A program made the position numbers and the translations under genes. From IMG/VR virus record IMGVR_UViG_3300043499_000238, positions 1-64,000 of that record: 64,000 bases of DNA; one strand, 5' to 3'. The DNA is from a virus. The notes under the pieces are model-generated. The model did not search any database, was not told the DNA's origin, and worked only from the letters and a program-made list of their open reading frames with translations. Below, piece by piece: positions 37,301 through 47,693 of the stretch. The first letter of the stretch is position 1. Every line of letters begins with the position of its first letter.

Positions 37301-38763
37301 CTTCGTTGATGACGAGCGTGGCGTGCACACCGACCGCCTGCTGATACACCTGCCTCGTGGTGTCGAGATCACGGTGATCGTGCCGCCGCCACCAGAGGGC
37401 TGGAAGCTCACCGACTGGCTGCCCGACGATGACGCGAACTGAGGCGCTGCGCCTCTTCGCTGACATGGGGTGCAACGAGCTGGAGGCGTGCGATCTCATG
37501 CGCATCTTGGACAAGGAGAGCTACCCATGGAACAGCACCGCCAGTTCGACCTCGCCATCGAGCAGTACGAGATCTTCAACAGAGGCACGTACGATAAGCG
37601 CAAGCACGTAGAGCACGTCCGCGCCGTGGTGGTACGCGGTCAGCAGCTACTGCGCGAGCTGGGCGAGCCGCCAACCACGAGCGCCAGTCTGAGCGTGATC
37701 ATGGAGGCCAACGTGTGGGCACTGCAGCACTTCGAGGCCATCGACCGCGCCAACGCAGCAGTGCACTGCGCCCCCGTGCGCTACAGCCCGATCACGTTCC
37801 GCCTGGCGCGAGCACTACGTGAGGTGTGGCCGCCCACCGACGAGTTCACGCAAGCGATGACCAACGTGCTCCAGCACGACGGCGTGTACGAAGAGGATCC
37901 AGGCCGATGAGCATCCTCGACAAGCTGCGCACGAGGTACAAGGTGCGCTGCCGCATCTGCAACCACTTCGACGCCGACATGACCACAGTGCACGAGGTGA
38001 TGGACGAGGCCGCCTCCACGATCGAGCTACTGCAGCACGAGCTGGACCGCATGCAGCTCGCCTACATCGAGGCCACCAACCCAGGCATCGACATGCACAG
38101 CGTGCGCCGCCTACGAGGCTGCGGCCCCGAGTGCTCCGAGCACCACACGTACACAGCGCCGTGCGTACTGGACGGTGATGCTCAGATCATGGAGGCAGCT
38201 CGTGCCAGCAACCGTGAGCAGGCGGCCGCCGTCGAGCAGCGCATGCTCGATGCGATGAGGTCACCTGATGCCTGACTGGCCCGAGTGCGATCGCCCACAC
38301 TGCGAGGCGCCTGCTCGTTGGAAGGTCTACGCCGCCTACGAGGCTGAGCAAGACTCCGCCCACCCACGAGTAGCTCGCCACACCGAGCCACTGGCGCGCA
38401 CCTGCGGCATGCACCTGCCACTCACACTGGGCCGCGACGCCGCCAACCACGACAGCACACAGATGTGGGTGGTGCAGCCACTGTGAGAGCACTGCGCTTC
38501 TCGATCGCCTACATGGCAGCGATGACCGTGCTCTACACCGCCGTGTTCTACGCCTTCCACCACGAGGTGCCCTGGTGATCGACGCACTGGTGCTCTGGCT
38601 CGAACGCATACACGGTCGCTACCAATGGCGCCGGTACTGGCGTGACACTGCACGAGCTGCCCAACGCCAACAGCACGCAGCGCGCATGCGCGAGCACGAC
38701 GCCGAGTACAACCGCAACGCCGCCGCCCTCCACACGGCACAGCGCAAGGCCGCCGAACGGTAA
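34342..38763 (+). other. Run of about 17-20 small, translationally coupled hypothetical genes, many Cys/His-rich (e.g. 34342-34548, 34545-34892, 35763-36074, 36579-36983, 37185-37442, 38268-38486, 38575-38763)
   Basis: Consecutive ATGA/GTGA overlaps with phage codon usage; no recognisable enzymes. Confidence 0.65.
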
Positions 38764-39129
38764 GCACCATGTACCGCTACGCACACATCGCCGCACTGGT
38801 GATGAGTGTGATCGCAGTACTGGTCTTCCTGGTGGCCTGGCATCACGCCCGCCGTCACTGAGCACGCTCCACCTCGAACGTCACGCAGCAACTGCCCAAC
38901 GCAGCAGCCAGCCGCCGCCCACTACCGAGTGCAGTGGTCAACCCGCGCCCACGTAACCAACGCACCATGGCCGCCCCGCACAGGGACGCCGTTGGATACT
39001 CACCAAGCTCGTACTCGACGCCGCCCACCGACACGCTCAGTAGGTAGAGGTCGTGGTCGATGAGGATGGACACGGTGGTGGTGGGTAGTGCGTTCACACC
39101 TAGTACAAGGAGCGTTGCGCACCTCGATG

Positions 39130-39850
39130 TCAACGCCACCCGGCACGCCGCCTAGCTAGCCGGACAGGCCGCCCGTAAGTGCTTCACTGCTCCACAGCCA
39201 CTGCATGCACTACTCACACTCACACACGCACCCGTAGCGCTCACAGCACAACGACGTTGCGCTCACGCACGTTGCTACCTGGTGTGCGTCTACCACTCGC
39301 GCGACAGCCGCGCGCGAGCACTCAGGCCCGCACCCCGCCCCTACCGTCATACCGCAGCAAGCGCTCACGCTGCGTGTGCAACAGCTCTAATGAGGAGGCT
39401 GCGCCTCCGCATTAGCGCTTAGTCGTACAACGGCGTTGCGCCATTAGGCACTAATGGGCGCTACGCGCGCACGCCATTAGCACTAAGCAGCGGAGCTGCT
39501 AAGCGCTAATTGCGCAACGCAAGCAAGCAGCGCTGAGCTGCGTAGCAGCGCAGCTCTGCGTTAGCAACGTGCAACGACGTTGCGCATGTCACACCCTGTG
39601 GAGGTTGCGTTCGGCGTAGCCGAGCGCTACCACCCCCCACCCTTAAGTCGGCGGCTGCGCAGCAGTCGGCGGCTGGAGGTAGGCGCAATCCCAGCCACAA
39701 CAGCATCGAGCTACGTACCCCTAGGCCCATTCCTGAGCCGAGATAGCTATTCAGCCGTACCACTAACCACTGCCGTACCCCCGTTAGTTAGCTGGTAGGC
39801 GCAGGCCGTAAGCGGGCGCACTGCTGGGAGTCGTACAACGACGTTGTGGG
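39130..39850. other. Non-coding island rich in hairpins, CATTAG/CTAATG repeats and CAACGnCGTTG palindromes (ori/pac/terminus or ncRNA candidate)
   Basis: No credible ORF; hairpins at 39387-39415, 39441-39457, 39476-39510, 39535-39556; long stem 39511-39519/39578-39586. Confidence 0.7.
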
Positions 39851-39866
39851 GAAGTAGGATGTGTGG

Positions 39867-40121
39867 ATGCCACGCACCATCTACAAGTACCCGTTCATGG
39901 ACTCCACCACCATCGAGGTGACTGGCGGCGAGCCGAAGCCGCTCTTCGCTGGGATCGACCCAGCGACGGGAGCGGTAGCCGTGTGGGTGGAGGTGGATCC
40001 CGATGGCGAGGACACCGCTACCTTCTCCTTCGTCGGCACTGGGTGGGAGGTACCGCAAGGGAGTTACGTCGGTAGTTGTATCGCTCCCGGTGGGTTCGTC
40101 TGGCACGTCTATCGTACGTAG
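39867..40121 (+). CDS. DUF7352-like small phage protein
   Basis: RTIYKYP...VWVEVD...F..VGTG.....YVGS.....VWHVY; TAGGAT-6nt-ATG. Confidence 0.75.
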   Translation: MPRTIYKYPFMDSTTIEVTGGEPKPLFAGIDPATGAVAVWVEVDPDGEDTATFSFVGTGWEVPQGSYVGSCIAPGGFVWHVYRT

Positions 40122-40123
40122 CT

Positions 40124-40327
40124 GTGATCGAGGCGACGTGGTTGGGCGGGCCGCACGACGGTGATACGTGGCCGCTGAGCGGGCCAGCGTGGTTCTCGTT
40201 GGAGTTCCTCGATGAGGAGTGCTACGACGCCAGTGGGCAGCGCGAGTCGCTGACGTTCCACTCTCGCTGGTTCAAGCCCGAGCTGCTCTCTGATGGGCGG
40301 TACGTGATCGTGTGGAGGGAGAGCTAG
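40124..40327 (+). CDS. Small hypothetical protein (GGPHDG motif)
   Basis: Motif common in small phage proteins. Confidence 0.6.
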   Translation: MIEATWLGGPHDGDTWPLSGPAWFSLEFLDEECYDASGQRESLTFHSRWFKPELLSDGRYVIVWRES

Positions 40328-40629
40328 GTTGGCGGGCGGCCCCCCGTCAGCAACTCCATACACGACGTGGTGGTTTCCGCCGCAGGCGGGGGGTCAACTT
40401 GCTCACTGCTCAACGACGTTGTACTGTGACCGGTGACGAAGGGTCTCGACTGGGTTGGCGCTCGGTCGTCCGGTTCCCCTCGTCCCAACCAGGTGGTTGG
40501 CGGCTAGGCGGCGACGTCGAACCCGCCGACCACCGCCTGGTTGTACAACGACGTTGGGACGCTGTAGGACGGCAGAGGGACGCCGTCGAGGGACGTTGAG
40601 GTCTCCAACTACCTTGGGAGGTACCAGAC

Positions 40630-41037
40630 ATGAGACGACTACTCGTCGGCCTCGTCGCCGCCGCCAGCCTGATCGGAGCGGGGAGCGTTGCTACGGCGGC
40701 GCCACCGGCTGCTCAGGAGGTCACCGTGCACCACGAGGCGCCAGCGGCCACCATGCACCCCGAGTGGGTGCGCACCTGTGGGTTCGCCAACTGCTCGGTG
40801 TACTTCAACAAGTCGGAAACCCGGGTGGCCGCCTACGGCGGGGCGCTGCTGTCCACGCTGATCTGCACGATGTTGCGCTCGACGCCAGCGGCGTTGGTGT
40901 GCACGGCGATCTCGTGGGCGGTGGGCAAGGCTGGTGACAACGCCGTGTCGGCAGGCAGGTGCGTGAAGCTGAGCTTCTCGCGCTGGACCGGCGTCGTCTA
41001 CTACATCGGTACCTACTCAGGATGGCAATGCAAGTGA
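40630..41037 (+). CDS. Secreted six-Cys protein (bacteriocin-like)
   Basis: Signal peptide MRRLLVGLVAAASL..ATA; SD GGAGG; 6 Cys; central hydrophobic hairpin. Confidence 0.7.
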   Translation: MRRLLVGLVAAASLIGAGSVATAAPPAAQEVTVHHEAPAATMHPEWVRTCGFANCSVYFNKSETRVAAYGGALLSTLICTMLRSTPAALVCTAISWAVGKAGDNAVSAGRCVKLSFSRWTGVVYYIGTYSGWQCK

Positions 41038-41270
41038 TGGCCCGTCGAGTGATTCCCGTGACCGAGTACCGCTCGCCGTTCCAGGTGCCGAGGACGTTGG
41101 ACGAGTGGTTGGTGACCGCAGTGGCGGTCGCCTGGCCGCTGCTGTTCATCTTCGTGATCTACCCGGACATGGAGCTGAACGCCTTCGGGCAGGTGATCGC
41201 CTGGGGGGCGGCGTTCGCCGTGCAGTGTGGGATCCTGTTCGCACTGCGCAACGCCAGGCGACACGCCTAG
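41037..41270 (+). CDS. Small two-TM membrane protein
   Basis: TGA/ATG overlap; two hydrophobic helices. Confidence 0.65.
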   Translation: MARRVIPVTEYRSPFQVPRTLDEWLVTAVAVAWPLLFIFVIYPDMELNAFGQVIAWGAAFAVQCGILFALRNARRHA

Positions 41271-41280
41271 CATCATCGTT

Positions 41281-41350
41281 GGCGGCCCGGCCGACCGAGG
41301 TTCAGCTCTGGCAACAGACCTAGTTCGTGTAGGTCGAGCCGGGCCGCCGC
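41281..41350. terminator. Structured element at the convergence of + and - transcription units
   Basis: 11-bp stem GGCGGCCCGGC/GCCGGGCCGCC with internal TCTG-GCAA-CAGA hairpin. Confidence 0.55.
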
Positions 41351-43700
41351 CTATTAGAGCAGCAGCAGGATCCCGAGCACGACGGCGCCGATCGCCCACC
41401 ACAAGAGCTGGTTCATCGTGATCCCTGGGTCGTCGCCCTGGTCGTAGACGGGGGGCGGGACGAACGGCTCGTAGTCGATGCCCTGGGCCGCCAACAGGTC
41501 ATCGAGATCGTCGTCCACCGCCCCATCATGGCTCGTAGACGCTCACCCGGCAGTCGACCCAATGGCCGGTGGCCTCCATGTGCTCACGCCGCCAGTTGTC
41601 GCGCTCGACGTGGTTGGTGAACACCTTCACGAGGCGCGCTCTCGACAGTGGCGTCCAGTGCGTCAGGGCGCAGCCAGGGCACTCGGCCTGCCAGAGCAGC
41701 ATCAGTCGGGAGGCGTCGCCCGCAGCTCGTCGCCGAGGCCGCAGAAGAGGTTGTGCTCGATGTAGTCGTCGGGGTCGTCCTCGTAGACCTTGGCGATCAC
41801 GCCGTCGTAGAACCAGCTCCAGCGGAACGTGCCCACCGTCCAGTGCTCGGCGCCCTTCTTGCGCCACCAGCAGCGGTCGCCCACGATCATCGTGCTCGCC
41901 AGCCATTCTGCTTCGTTGCAGCGGTAGCCCTCGATGATCGGCCCGACGAAGCCGGGCGGGTAGGCAGCGAGGCTCACTGGCGCGGCTCGGGCTTCCAGCC
42001 GGGTGCGGGGCCACGGGCCTCTTCCTGCCAGCTCGGCGGGAAGCGCAGGCTGTCAGCGACCCCCTTCATCCACTCGGGGTCACGCCGGTCCACTGTGTCG
42101 ATCCCCATCCCCGCCAGGGCGGCGACCGCAGCATCACGCGCCTGGGTATTGCGGATCGCATCGTCGGCGATCATGCGGGTGATCGGCACCAGCACACGCA
42201 CGAGCGTGTCGATGGTGGCGTGGAACTCGGCGCTGGTCTGGTACATGCGTGGGTAGTTGACGGAGTCGAGATCGAGCACCGCCTCCAGCAGGCGTCGGTG
42301 GGCGTTCATAGCTTCTCCCCCAGCACCCACTCGTCGGCCTCCTCGTCCCACACCATCACGTAGCGGCCGTACACGCCGAGGTCGCCCTCGGTCCACGTCA
42401 CGGTGCAGTCGAACAGCGTCCCGTCGAGACGCTCGCTCAGCGGGTGCTGGATCATCCAGCCGTCGTCACGTAGCTCGATGATGTGGTCGTTGGCGTGGGG
42501 GTCGTTCTCCAGGCGCTGCTGGGTCGCCAGCGGTAGATCTACGGGCAGGTTGCCCTTGTCGATCAGATCCTCGATGTGGTCGGCCACGATGGCGAACAGC
42601 AGCGCCAGGTCGGCGGTCAGCTTCCACATGTGCATGGAGTTGTCGAGGATGGCCGGGTTGTCGGCAGTGCGGAGCGCCATGTTCTCCAACTCGCCGTTCT
42701 TGGCCCGGCACAGGCGCGCGGCGCGCTCCGGTGTCAGCTTCTCGTCCGCTGGCAACCATCCATCATCTCTGTCACCCATCGTTGTCCTTCCTTTCGTGAA
42801 GTGGAGATCGAGACCGAGGTCGATCACGCCCCCGTCCATCAGTGGGCGCTCTCCCGGTAGGAAGGCGTGCCAGGGCCAGTCGATGTCGTCGTCAGCCACC
42901 GAGGTTCCAATCGAACGGGCGACACATGCGCCAGCGTTGCTTCCCGTCATCCTCCATGTCGAACTCCATCCACCCGTCCGGGCCTGCCTCACGCAAGAGA
43001 GGACCGACCGGGGCATCCATCTCCTGCCAGTCGGTGCAGAGCGGCTTGCCCAGCCCGTTGGACTTGAACGCTGGACTGCTCACGGCGGCCCCTCTCCCTC
43101 GTGGAGCACCAGCCCGTTGTCGCTGACGTGCTTCCAGGTCCACACACCGTCGCGGCACCAGTACTCCATGCGGGTGCCGTCGCCGTTGTTGAACCAGATG
43201 TCGGGCATCGCAGCGGCGAGGCGCACCTTGTCCTCGTTCGTCAGCTTGGCGCTCCAGGCGATGTCGCCCTTGCGCTTCACCTCGTCACTCACGGTTGCCC
43301 TCCTTGATGTGCGTGGCCATCCGCTCGATGCAGCCGCCGCCCTCGGCGCGCGATCCGCACTTGCACTCCAGCTCAGTCGGCGGCATGCCCGTCACTCGCA
43401 CGAGGTAGTGCTTGGCGTTCTCGTCAACCATCGTGTCTCTTCCTGTGACGGGCCAACGCAGCGTCTGACCTCTCTTTCACTTCATCCCAGCGGCTCTCTT
43501 CGATGCCCCTCGCTTCGTTGTAGCGGGCCATCGCCTCGGCCGCCTGCACAGGCGGACGCCCGTACTTGATCCACAGCCCGAGTGCGAGCGCCAGCTCGTC
43601 GGCCAGCGCCTTCTCGGCCACGATCTCGTCAGCGGCTCGCTGTGCGATCTCGCGGAAGATGCTGTCGGGCATCCCGATGCGACCGAGATCTTGAACCACG

Positions 43701-43846
43701 TCACTCATCGTCATAGTCCTTGTCCTTGTCCTCGGGAGGATCACTCAGATCACGGCCACAGGAGCATCCACAGCGCCACGGCAGGCAGCGCCCGAAGTGT
43801 CGGTGATCGCTCCGGCACTCACTCGTCGTCATAGTCCTCGTCCTTG
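43701..43846. repeat. 28-bp direct repeat (26/28 identical) flanking a 43-aa mini-gene
   Basis: 43701-43728 vs 43819-43846. Confidence 0.85.
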
Positions 43847-46457
43847 CTCTTGCCACCCTGCTCCAACCAGGCGCCCGCCACGAAGGCGGCGAACAGCAAC
43901 AGCACTGCGACACCCACCGGGATCACGTAACCCATTCAACGACCTCCAGCGCCACCGCCATCCTCAGCGGCATCGTGGCGTACCGATCGAAGAAGCCCTT
44001 GCAGACCGGCTCGATCGGCTTGCCCTGATGCAGGTGATGATGGCACGGGATGCAGCCATCATCGTTGCGCGTTGCCTTGGCCACCATGTCGTCCACCCGC
44101 TCCTGGTCGACCGGCGAGCGCGGCCCGAAGATGCACGTACTGCACTGCTTGCGTCGGATGTGCACCTTGCCGTTGACGTAGATCTTGTGGCGCTTGCGGC
44201 TCACCGTGGATCGCGCTTGATGCAGGTCTTGCAGGTGATCGGCATCGACAGGGGAAGGTCGTGGGGGCTGGTGAAGTAGGCGCTCGTGCCGGTGCTGGGG
44301 CGGCAGGCGAGCACCCACTCCTTCCAGTCCCTCGACCAGAACTGCAGGTGCACCTTGCCCTCACCCCAACGGCTGCCTCCCGTGGCGACGAGGCGATAGC
44401 GCACGCCCATGACGGTGAACTTGGTCTTGTCCTTGATCGGCTTGTCGTTCACTCGATCACCTCCGAGGTACGCCACTTGCCGCTGGTGGGCTTGAACCGG
44501 ATCCAGGCAACGCCGTTGACGCACAGCCAGATGCGGCCGTCCCAGGCCACCTGGACGCCCACCGTGCAGTGCTTGAAGTCGATGTCCATGATCTGATCGA
44601 CGTTCTCGATCGAGAGCTGCCCCTCGGCGTACTGCGGCCCGAAGTCGATCGAGGCGTTGAGCGACGGCTCGTGACCACGCGACGTCCTCTTGCGAGTGAT
44701 GTGAGTCATCCCGCCCGGCAGAGGGTTGTCGCCCTTGCGGGTACGGCACTCCTCGCCGGGTCGCGCCCCGCAGAAGTGGCACAGCACGCTCTTCGGGTCG
44801 TCGTTCATGTCGACGGGTCCGCCATGATCCGCAGACGCAGCTCGGCGCGCAGCTTGGTGAGCAGAGCGTCTGAGTCGAGATACTCCTGCGTCGCCTCGCG
44901 GAATCGGCGAGGGTTCTCGCCTCGGCTGCGGTTGCGCTTGTTCAACGCTGCGTCGCAGGTGATGGCGATCGACTTGATCACGAGCTGCAGCTCGACGTCA
45001 GTCATCGGGAAGTCATCCATCGCCCAACCTCCGCAGTGTCTCGGCGTGCTCGTCCAGTGTCTCTCGGATCATCTCTGACCGATTGGCCTTGTAGGCGCGG
45101 TAGCGCGCCATTACCCGCTCCACGTCGGGGTACTGAGCGAGGTCGACGCCAATGACGTTCAGCCAACCGACCACACTGCGGCTGAGCACATCGGCCAGGT
45201 CATCGACCAGAGCGGTGAACTGGATCTCTCCGGTACGGCTGTTGCGCGGCAGCAGTGCCTCGATCGCAGCGCTGTCCTCGGGCGTCATCTGGTCGCTCAA
45301 CGTCGTGCCTTTCCTTGATGCTGTCGGTGTCGTCGGATACGGCGCGCTCTGCGCTCGTCGGGCGAGCCGAGCACCTTGCGCCCATCAGGGATCGGCATGG
45401 GTGCGCTGGAGTAGTGACGGCTCACGATGGTGTCGTGCCAGGCGTCGTTGCACTGCGGCTCGCCGTGGGGGTGGGTGCCGTGCTTGTAGTAGCGGTACTT
45501 CGTTCCGTACCAGTGCATCCAACGCCACTGACGGCCGCAGGACGGGCACAGGGGGTAGGCGAAGCGCCAACGTCGATGGCGGCTCACGGCAGCGGCTCCG
45601 TCAAGCGCTCATGCAAGGCGTGGTGCATCTCGGCGGTGGCGACCCGCAGGCGCCGCTGGGCCATCCGCAGTTCCCCTTCGAGGTGCTCGACGTCATCGAA
45701 GGCTTCGTCCCAGCGCTTCACCGCCTGGGCGTACGTGAGTCGCTCAACTATCATGACTCTCGCTCCCTCACGCACTTGGAGCCACGGCAGAGTCCTTCGA
45801 CAGGAACCGACCGCAGCACGCCGCAGTTGGGGCACTGCACGACCTCTCTCGCCCGCCCACCCCAGTCGGCCGAGGCGATGTCACTCGTCCACCCGTAATC
45901 ACCCTCGTGCTCGCCGTAGAGGACGGCGTAGTGATCGGTGTGCGGCCCCTTGCGCTCGCACTTGGTGCGCGACTGGTGGCCTGGTCCGTGGTAGATCACG
46001 GCCTCGCACGGCTTGTTCAAGTCGAGCATCTGCTGGGCGAAGGCGGGCCAGTCGGTGGTGCCGTCGTCGTTGGCCGGGATCTCGGGCAGGCCCAGGATCT
46101 GAGCGATGGTCATCTTCGGATCGTCGGTCACGACATCGCCTTCAAGACCATCTCGGCCAACTCTTGGCCCCCGGAGTAGTCACGGTCGAGGCCGAGAGCG
46201 ATCACCGTCTCGGCCTCCTGACGGATCTTGTCCCACTCGTCCGTCTCTTCGACCTTGCAGATGCGGTAGCCCATCGACTCCAGGCCCGCCACGCAGTAGG
46301 TGCAGGCGTCCATCCAGGCACTGTCGGTGCTGGCACCGATGGCCTGCCACAGGTCACCACTCGACGGTGCGTCGGACCCCTTGCGGAGGCCGGTGTGGAC
46401 GCCGATGGCGATGTTCTCGACCGCTTGCTCCCGCTCCATGGGCGTGTACTTGGTGCT

Positions 46458-46498
46458 CATGGTGCCTTATCGTACAACGACGTTGAACGATCATGCAA
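46458..46498 (-). promoter_or_regulatory. Class-1 promoter/operator element (minus strand)
   Basis: TTGCAT-18-TACGAT-8nt-ATG; contains CAACGACGTTGAACGA. Confidence 0.75.
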
Positions 46499-47010
46499 CA
46501 CAGTGCGTAGATCCTCCACCAACTGCATGCGCAAACGTAGGATCCTGGTGTCGAGCTGTTCGTAGAGTCCGAGCAGCTCGACACTGACGCCCAATCGGCT
46601 CATCTTCTGCAGCAGATCGCGCGCATCACGCTCCAGAAGCATGATGTCGACCCTCGTTGAGGCCGTTTCGTTGAAGATCACGGCTGGGGAGCGGCCTTCT
46701 TGGCCCCCGGAGCCGCCTTCTTGGCCGCTGCGGCCTTCTTCACGGGCTGTGAGCGCTCCTGAGTTGGCTCGGGGAGGTAGGCGACGCCCGCGATCGGCCT
46801 CTTCTCGTCTAATCCGAGCAGTTTGACGACCGCACCGCGCAGGTTGGAGTCGTCCTGCACCCCTCGAACGTCCACCACGACCCCCTCGGAGGTCATGAAG
46901 CGGTACGTCGTCCAGCGGTACTCGACCTCGTAGCCCGTCTCAGTGGGCACGAGGCGGATGATGTTCGTCATCCGGTCATCCTAAGTCGTGAAACGTCCTT
47001 GTGAAGCACA

Positions 47011-47032
47011 GAAGCCCCCCGAAGGGGGCTTC
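47011..47032 (-). terminator. Intrinsic terminator
   Basis: GAAGCCCCC-TTCG-GGGGGCTTC on the minus strand, after the surface-protein operon. Confidence 0.8.
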
Positions 47033-47055
47033 CGGCTCACTCCCTGGGCGGGTTG

Positions 47056-47685
47056 TCAGGGGGCGACGTTGAAGGTCCGCAGCACGACCTCCAGTTCTGC
47101 TGGGTCGGCCGTCTGGACCTGCAACACAGCCGTGAACGCATGGTCGGCCGGGTTGGCCACCACCATGTTCCACGTCATGTGCTGTGGGCCGCAGTCCGAG
47201 CCGACCTGAACGACACCGACGAACACCGGATCGTCGTACTCCTTGAAGGCGATCGACGTGCACCCCGACGTCAGCCCGTACTGGTCCATGATCGTGAGCG
47301 GATCAGCGGTGTACGGCACGGCGAAGTAGCTCAGTCCCGGCACGTCGAAGCTCGTGTAGAACTTCTGGATGTCGGGCGAGGCCACGATCGAGGGCTGCCC
47401 CTCGGCAGCGGTCCCCTCCTCGGGGATGAACGCCGTCGTGTTGACGTCCTGCCATGACGGAGGCACCGCCACCGCGATGGTGTGGCTGTCGTCCACCAGG
47501 GGCACGTAGCCCTCGGGGATCGGGATCGTCGTGGTCGGGCCGCTGGGCACGGTCGTGGTCACTCCTGTGGTCGTTGGTGCTGCCGCCACGGTGGTCGGGG
47601 CCGTGGCGGCAGGGGTGGGTGGCGGCGCTGGCGAAGATGCGTGCACCAGCGCCGCCAGAACGAGAGCTGCTCCTGAGATGATCAT
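47056..47685 (-). CDS. Secreted protein with P/T linker and globular C-terminal domain (Acidimicrobiia-type)
   Basis: Signal peptide; GYVPLVDD...VP.SW.DV...YDDPVFVG domain. Confidence 0.8.
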   Translation of the reverse strand: MIISGAALVLAALVHASSPAPPPTPAATAPTTVAAAPTTTGVTTTVPSGPTTTIPIPEGYVPLVDDSHTIAVAVPPSWQDVNTTAFIPEEGTAAEGQPSIVASPDIQKFYTSFDVPGLSYFAVPYTADPLTIMDQYGLTSGCTSIAFKEYDDPVFVGVVQVGSDCGPQHMTWNMVVANPADHAFTAVLQVQTADPAELEVVLRTFNVAP

Positions 47686-47693
47686 CGTTGTTC

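Larger units (their letters stand above)
41354..46971 (-). other. Run of about 20 small coupled minus-strand hypothetical genes (e.g. 41354-41518, 41702-41977, 43080-43292, 44449-44808, 44805-45020, 45013-45300, 45751-46131, 46128-46460, 46457-46681, 46678-46971)
   Basis: Overlapping start/stop codons on the minus strand. Confidence 0.65.

Noticed and set aside
38855-39139. Minus-strand gene at the edge of the non-coding island
   Set aside because: Only the central part looks protein-like and promoter spacing is non-canonical; not supportable
41281-41350. SRP (4.5S) RNA or small ribozyme
   Set aside because: GNRA-capped hairpin is reminiscent but lacks the CAGG/AGCA internal loop and hammerhead/HDV cores; position fits a bidirectional terminator
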